Source of the DNA: Felis catus
Lineage: Eukaryota
Assembly (NCBI RefSeq): GCF_018350175.1
Contig: NC_058368.1
Coordinates: forward strand, 146,508,001-146,572,000
Direction of reading: 5' to 3'
Length of the DNA: 64,000 nucleotides
Shown: positions 62,440 through 64,000 of the stretch, in pieces
Layout of the letters: every line of letters starts with the position of its first letter
Numbering within the stretch: position 1 is the first letter of the stretch
Notes under the pieces: generated by a model
The model's input: the letters and a program-made list of their open reading frames with translations, nothing else
Told to the model about the DNA's origin: nothing
Databases searched by the model: none
Translations under genes and position numbers: made by a program

Positions 62440-62985
62440 GCCATGAGATTTTATCACCACTTTCCCTTGTACCACTACAGAGGTCCAGGATACAATTCAG
62501 CATCATTTACTGCATTTAGTTTTTATGTCTCTTTAGACTTATTTAATCTGGAACAGTTCTTTCTGCTTCCTTTACTTTTTTTGACCTTGAGTCTTCAAAT
62601 GGGGCGCCTGGGTGGCTCAGTTGGTTAAGTGTCCAACTTCAGCTCAGGTCATGATCTCATGGTTCGTAAGTTTGAGCCCCACATCGGGCTCTGTGCTGAC
62701 AGCTCAAAACCTGGAGCCTGCTTCAGCTTCTGTGTCCCTCTCTCTCTGTGCATCCCCTGCTTGTGCTCTGTCTCTCTGTCTCTCTCAAAAATAAATTATC
62801 ATTTAAAAAATTAAGAAAAAAGAATATTTAAAAAAAAAGAAAAATATAAGCCCATGATTTTGTAGAATGTCCCTTACTTTTGGTCATCTCTTGTTTCCTT
62901 ATGATTAGAATCAGGTAATGCTTTGGGGGAGAAATCTCACGGAAGTGATGTGTCCTTCTCAGGGCATCATGTCAGGAGGGAGACA
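62440..62985 (-). mobile_element. L1MC-type 3' UTR fragment interrupted by a SINE
   Basis: TGCATTTAGTT..ATGTCTCTTTAG..TTTAATCTGGAACAG; resumes TTTTGTAGAATGTCCCT..GAAGTGATGTGTCCTTCTCAG. Confidence 0.7.
62601..62845 (+). mobile_element. Can-SINE
   Basis: GGGGCGCCTGGGTGGCTCAG head, CT-rich body, A-rich tail. Confidence 0.94.
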
Positions 62986-63099
62986 CTGCACTTTTGGAAA
63001 ACTATGTATGGCCATAGTTTTGTCTTGTCTTGTCGTGTTTTGTTTTCTTATCACCCTATACTCTGTAAGTTCCCCCTTCTTCATACTTTAGATATCCAT

Positions 63100-63995
63100 C
63101 TTACTACTCTGTATTGAGTCAGAACATTTCCTCTAAACTCCAGACCTATAAATATAATTGCTTATTTGACAACTTACTTAAAATACTTTACATACTTAAA
63201 ATATCTGAGATCAAATTTGTGATCTTCTGCTAAGGACTATTATGGTGTTTCCCATCTCAGCTAATGGCTTTACCATCCAATCAAATTCTAAAAGTGATCC
63301 TTAATGTTTCCTTCTTCTTTATCTCCCCAATTCAAATCCATCATCAAGTTATATCAATTGTGCCTCTTAAATGTCTCAAATCATAGCTTATTTGCTTCAT
63401 TCTTGATTGTTAAGATTGTGGTAAAAGACTATCCCACCAAGTCTACCTGGCAAAATTTATTACCTGGTCTCCCTACATTCATGCTGACACCTTGCAGACT
63501 TTCCCCATATTGAAAATAGGGTGATATTTTTGAAATGTTATTCTAGTCAAGTCACTCCAAATTCTTTCCCCCATACTGCCCCAACCCCCCTCTAATTGCT
63601 TCTTGTTTTTCTTAGGATAAAGACTAGAACATTTAAATCTCTTAAAGCTCTACATGGTCAGACCTCTGCATGCCTCACTGCCCCATCTCAAGCCATCATC
63701 TCCCTCAATTTATGCCTCTCAGGTATACTAGTCTTAAGACCCTAAAGCAATACTGAACACGTAGCCTTTACCTATGCTTCATCTAAACCAGGTATCTTCC
63801 ACTCAGTTAGTTAACTCCCATTCATGCTTTAGATCTCAGATTCAAAGAAGCCCTTTCTGAGAATCTCAGTCTAGGTCAGATTCTCCTATAACATGTCTTT
63901 ATAAAACACACTCCTTTTTAGGAGAGTACTTATCTCCACTTGTAATTTTTCATTATTCATTGTGATTATTGGAACAGTATCTATCTTTCCAAGTA
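63100..63995 (+). mobile_element. Degraded L2 LINE
   Basis: CTCTAAACTCCAGACC, TTCCCATCTCAGCTAATGGC, CTGGTCTCCCT, TTCTTAGGATAAAG, CTTTAGATCTCAG. Confidence 0.7.
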
Positions 63996-64000
63996 ATGTA

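Noticed and set aside
9600..64000. Exons of VCAN or a processed pseudogene
   Set aside because: No CpG island, recognisable coding exon or retrocopy seen. A heavily decayed pseudogene cannot be excluded without a translated search.

Overview
Mammalian genomic DNA, AT-rich and repeat-dense. The young tRNA-derived Can-SINEs and L1 3' ends look felid (cat family), so the many short ORFs in the track are mostly noise from repeats. The only gene content I recognise is the last coding exon of XRCC4 on the + strand (8236-8347, ending ...[20 protein letters not shown]), with a 3' UTR and AATAAA at 8852. Bases 1-8235 are therefore the end of its last intron, and the remaining ~55 kb is intergenic (by human synteny, the interval towards VCAN, which is inference). 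The rest is SINE, L1, HAL1, L2, MIR, MaLR/ERVL LTR and DNA-transposon relics plus microsatellites. Repeat subfamily names are recalled by eye, not from a RepeatMasker run. I found no new multi-gene system. The best leads are: (1) a SINE-L1 fragment-SINE cassette enclosed by one target-site duplication (TSD); (2) loss of the Ser-Pro CDK motif in the XRCC4 tail; (3) a template-switch-like expansion giving three octamer sites; (4) two loci hit twice by SINEs at the same nick; (5) a SINE whose tail was replaced by a micro-inversion.
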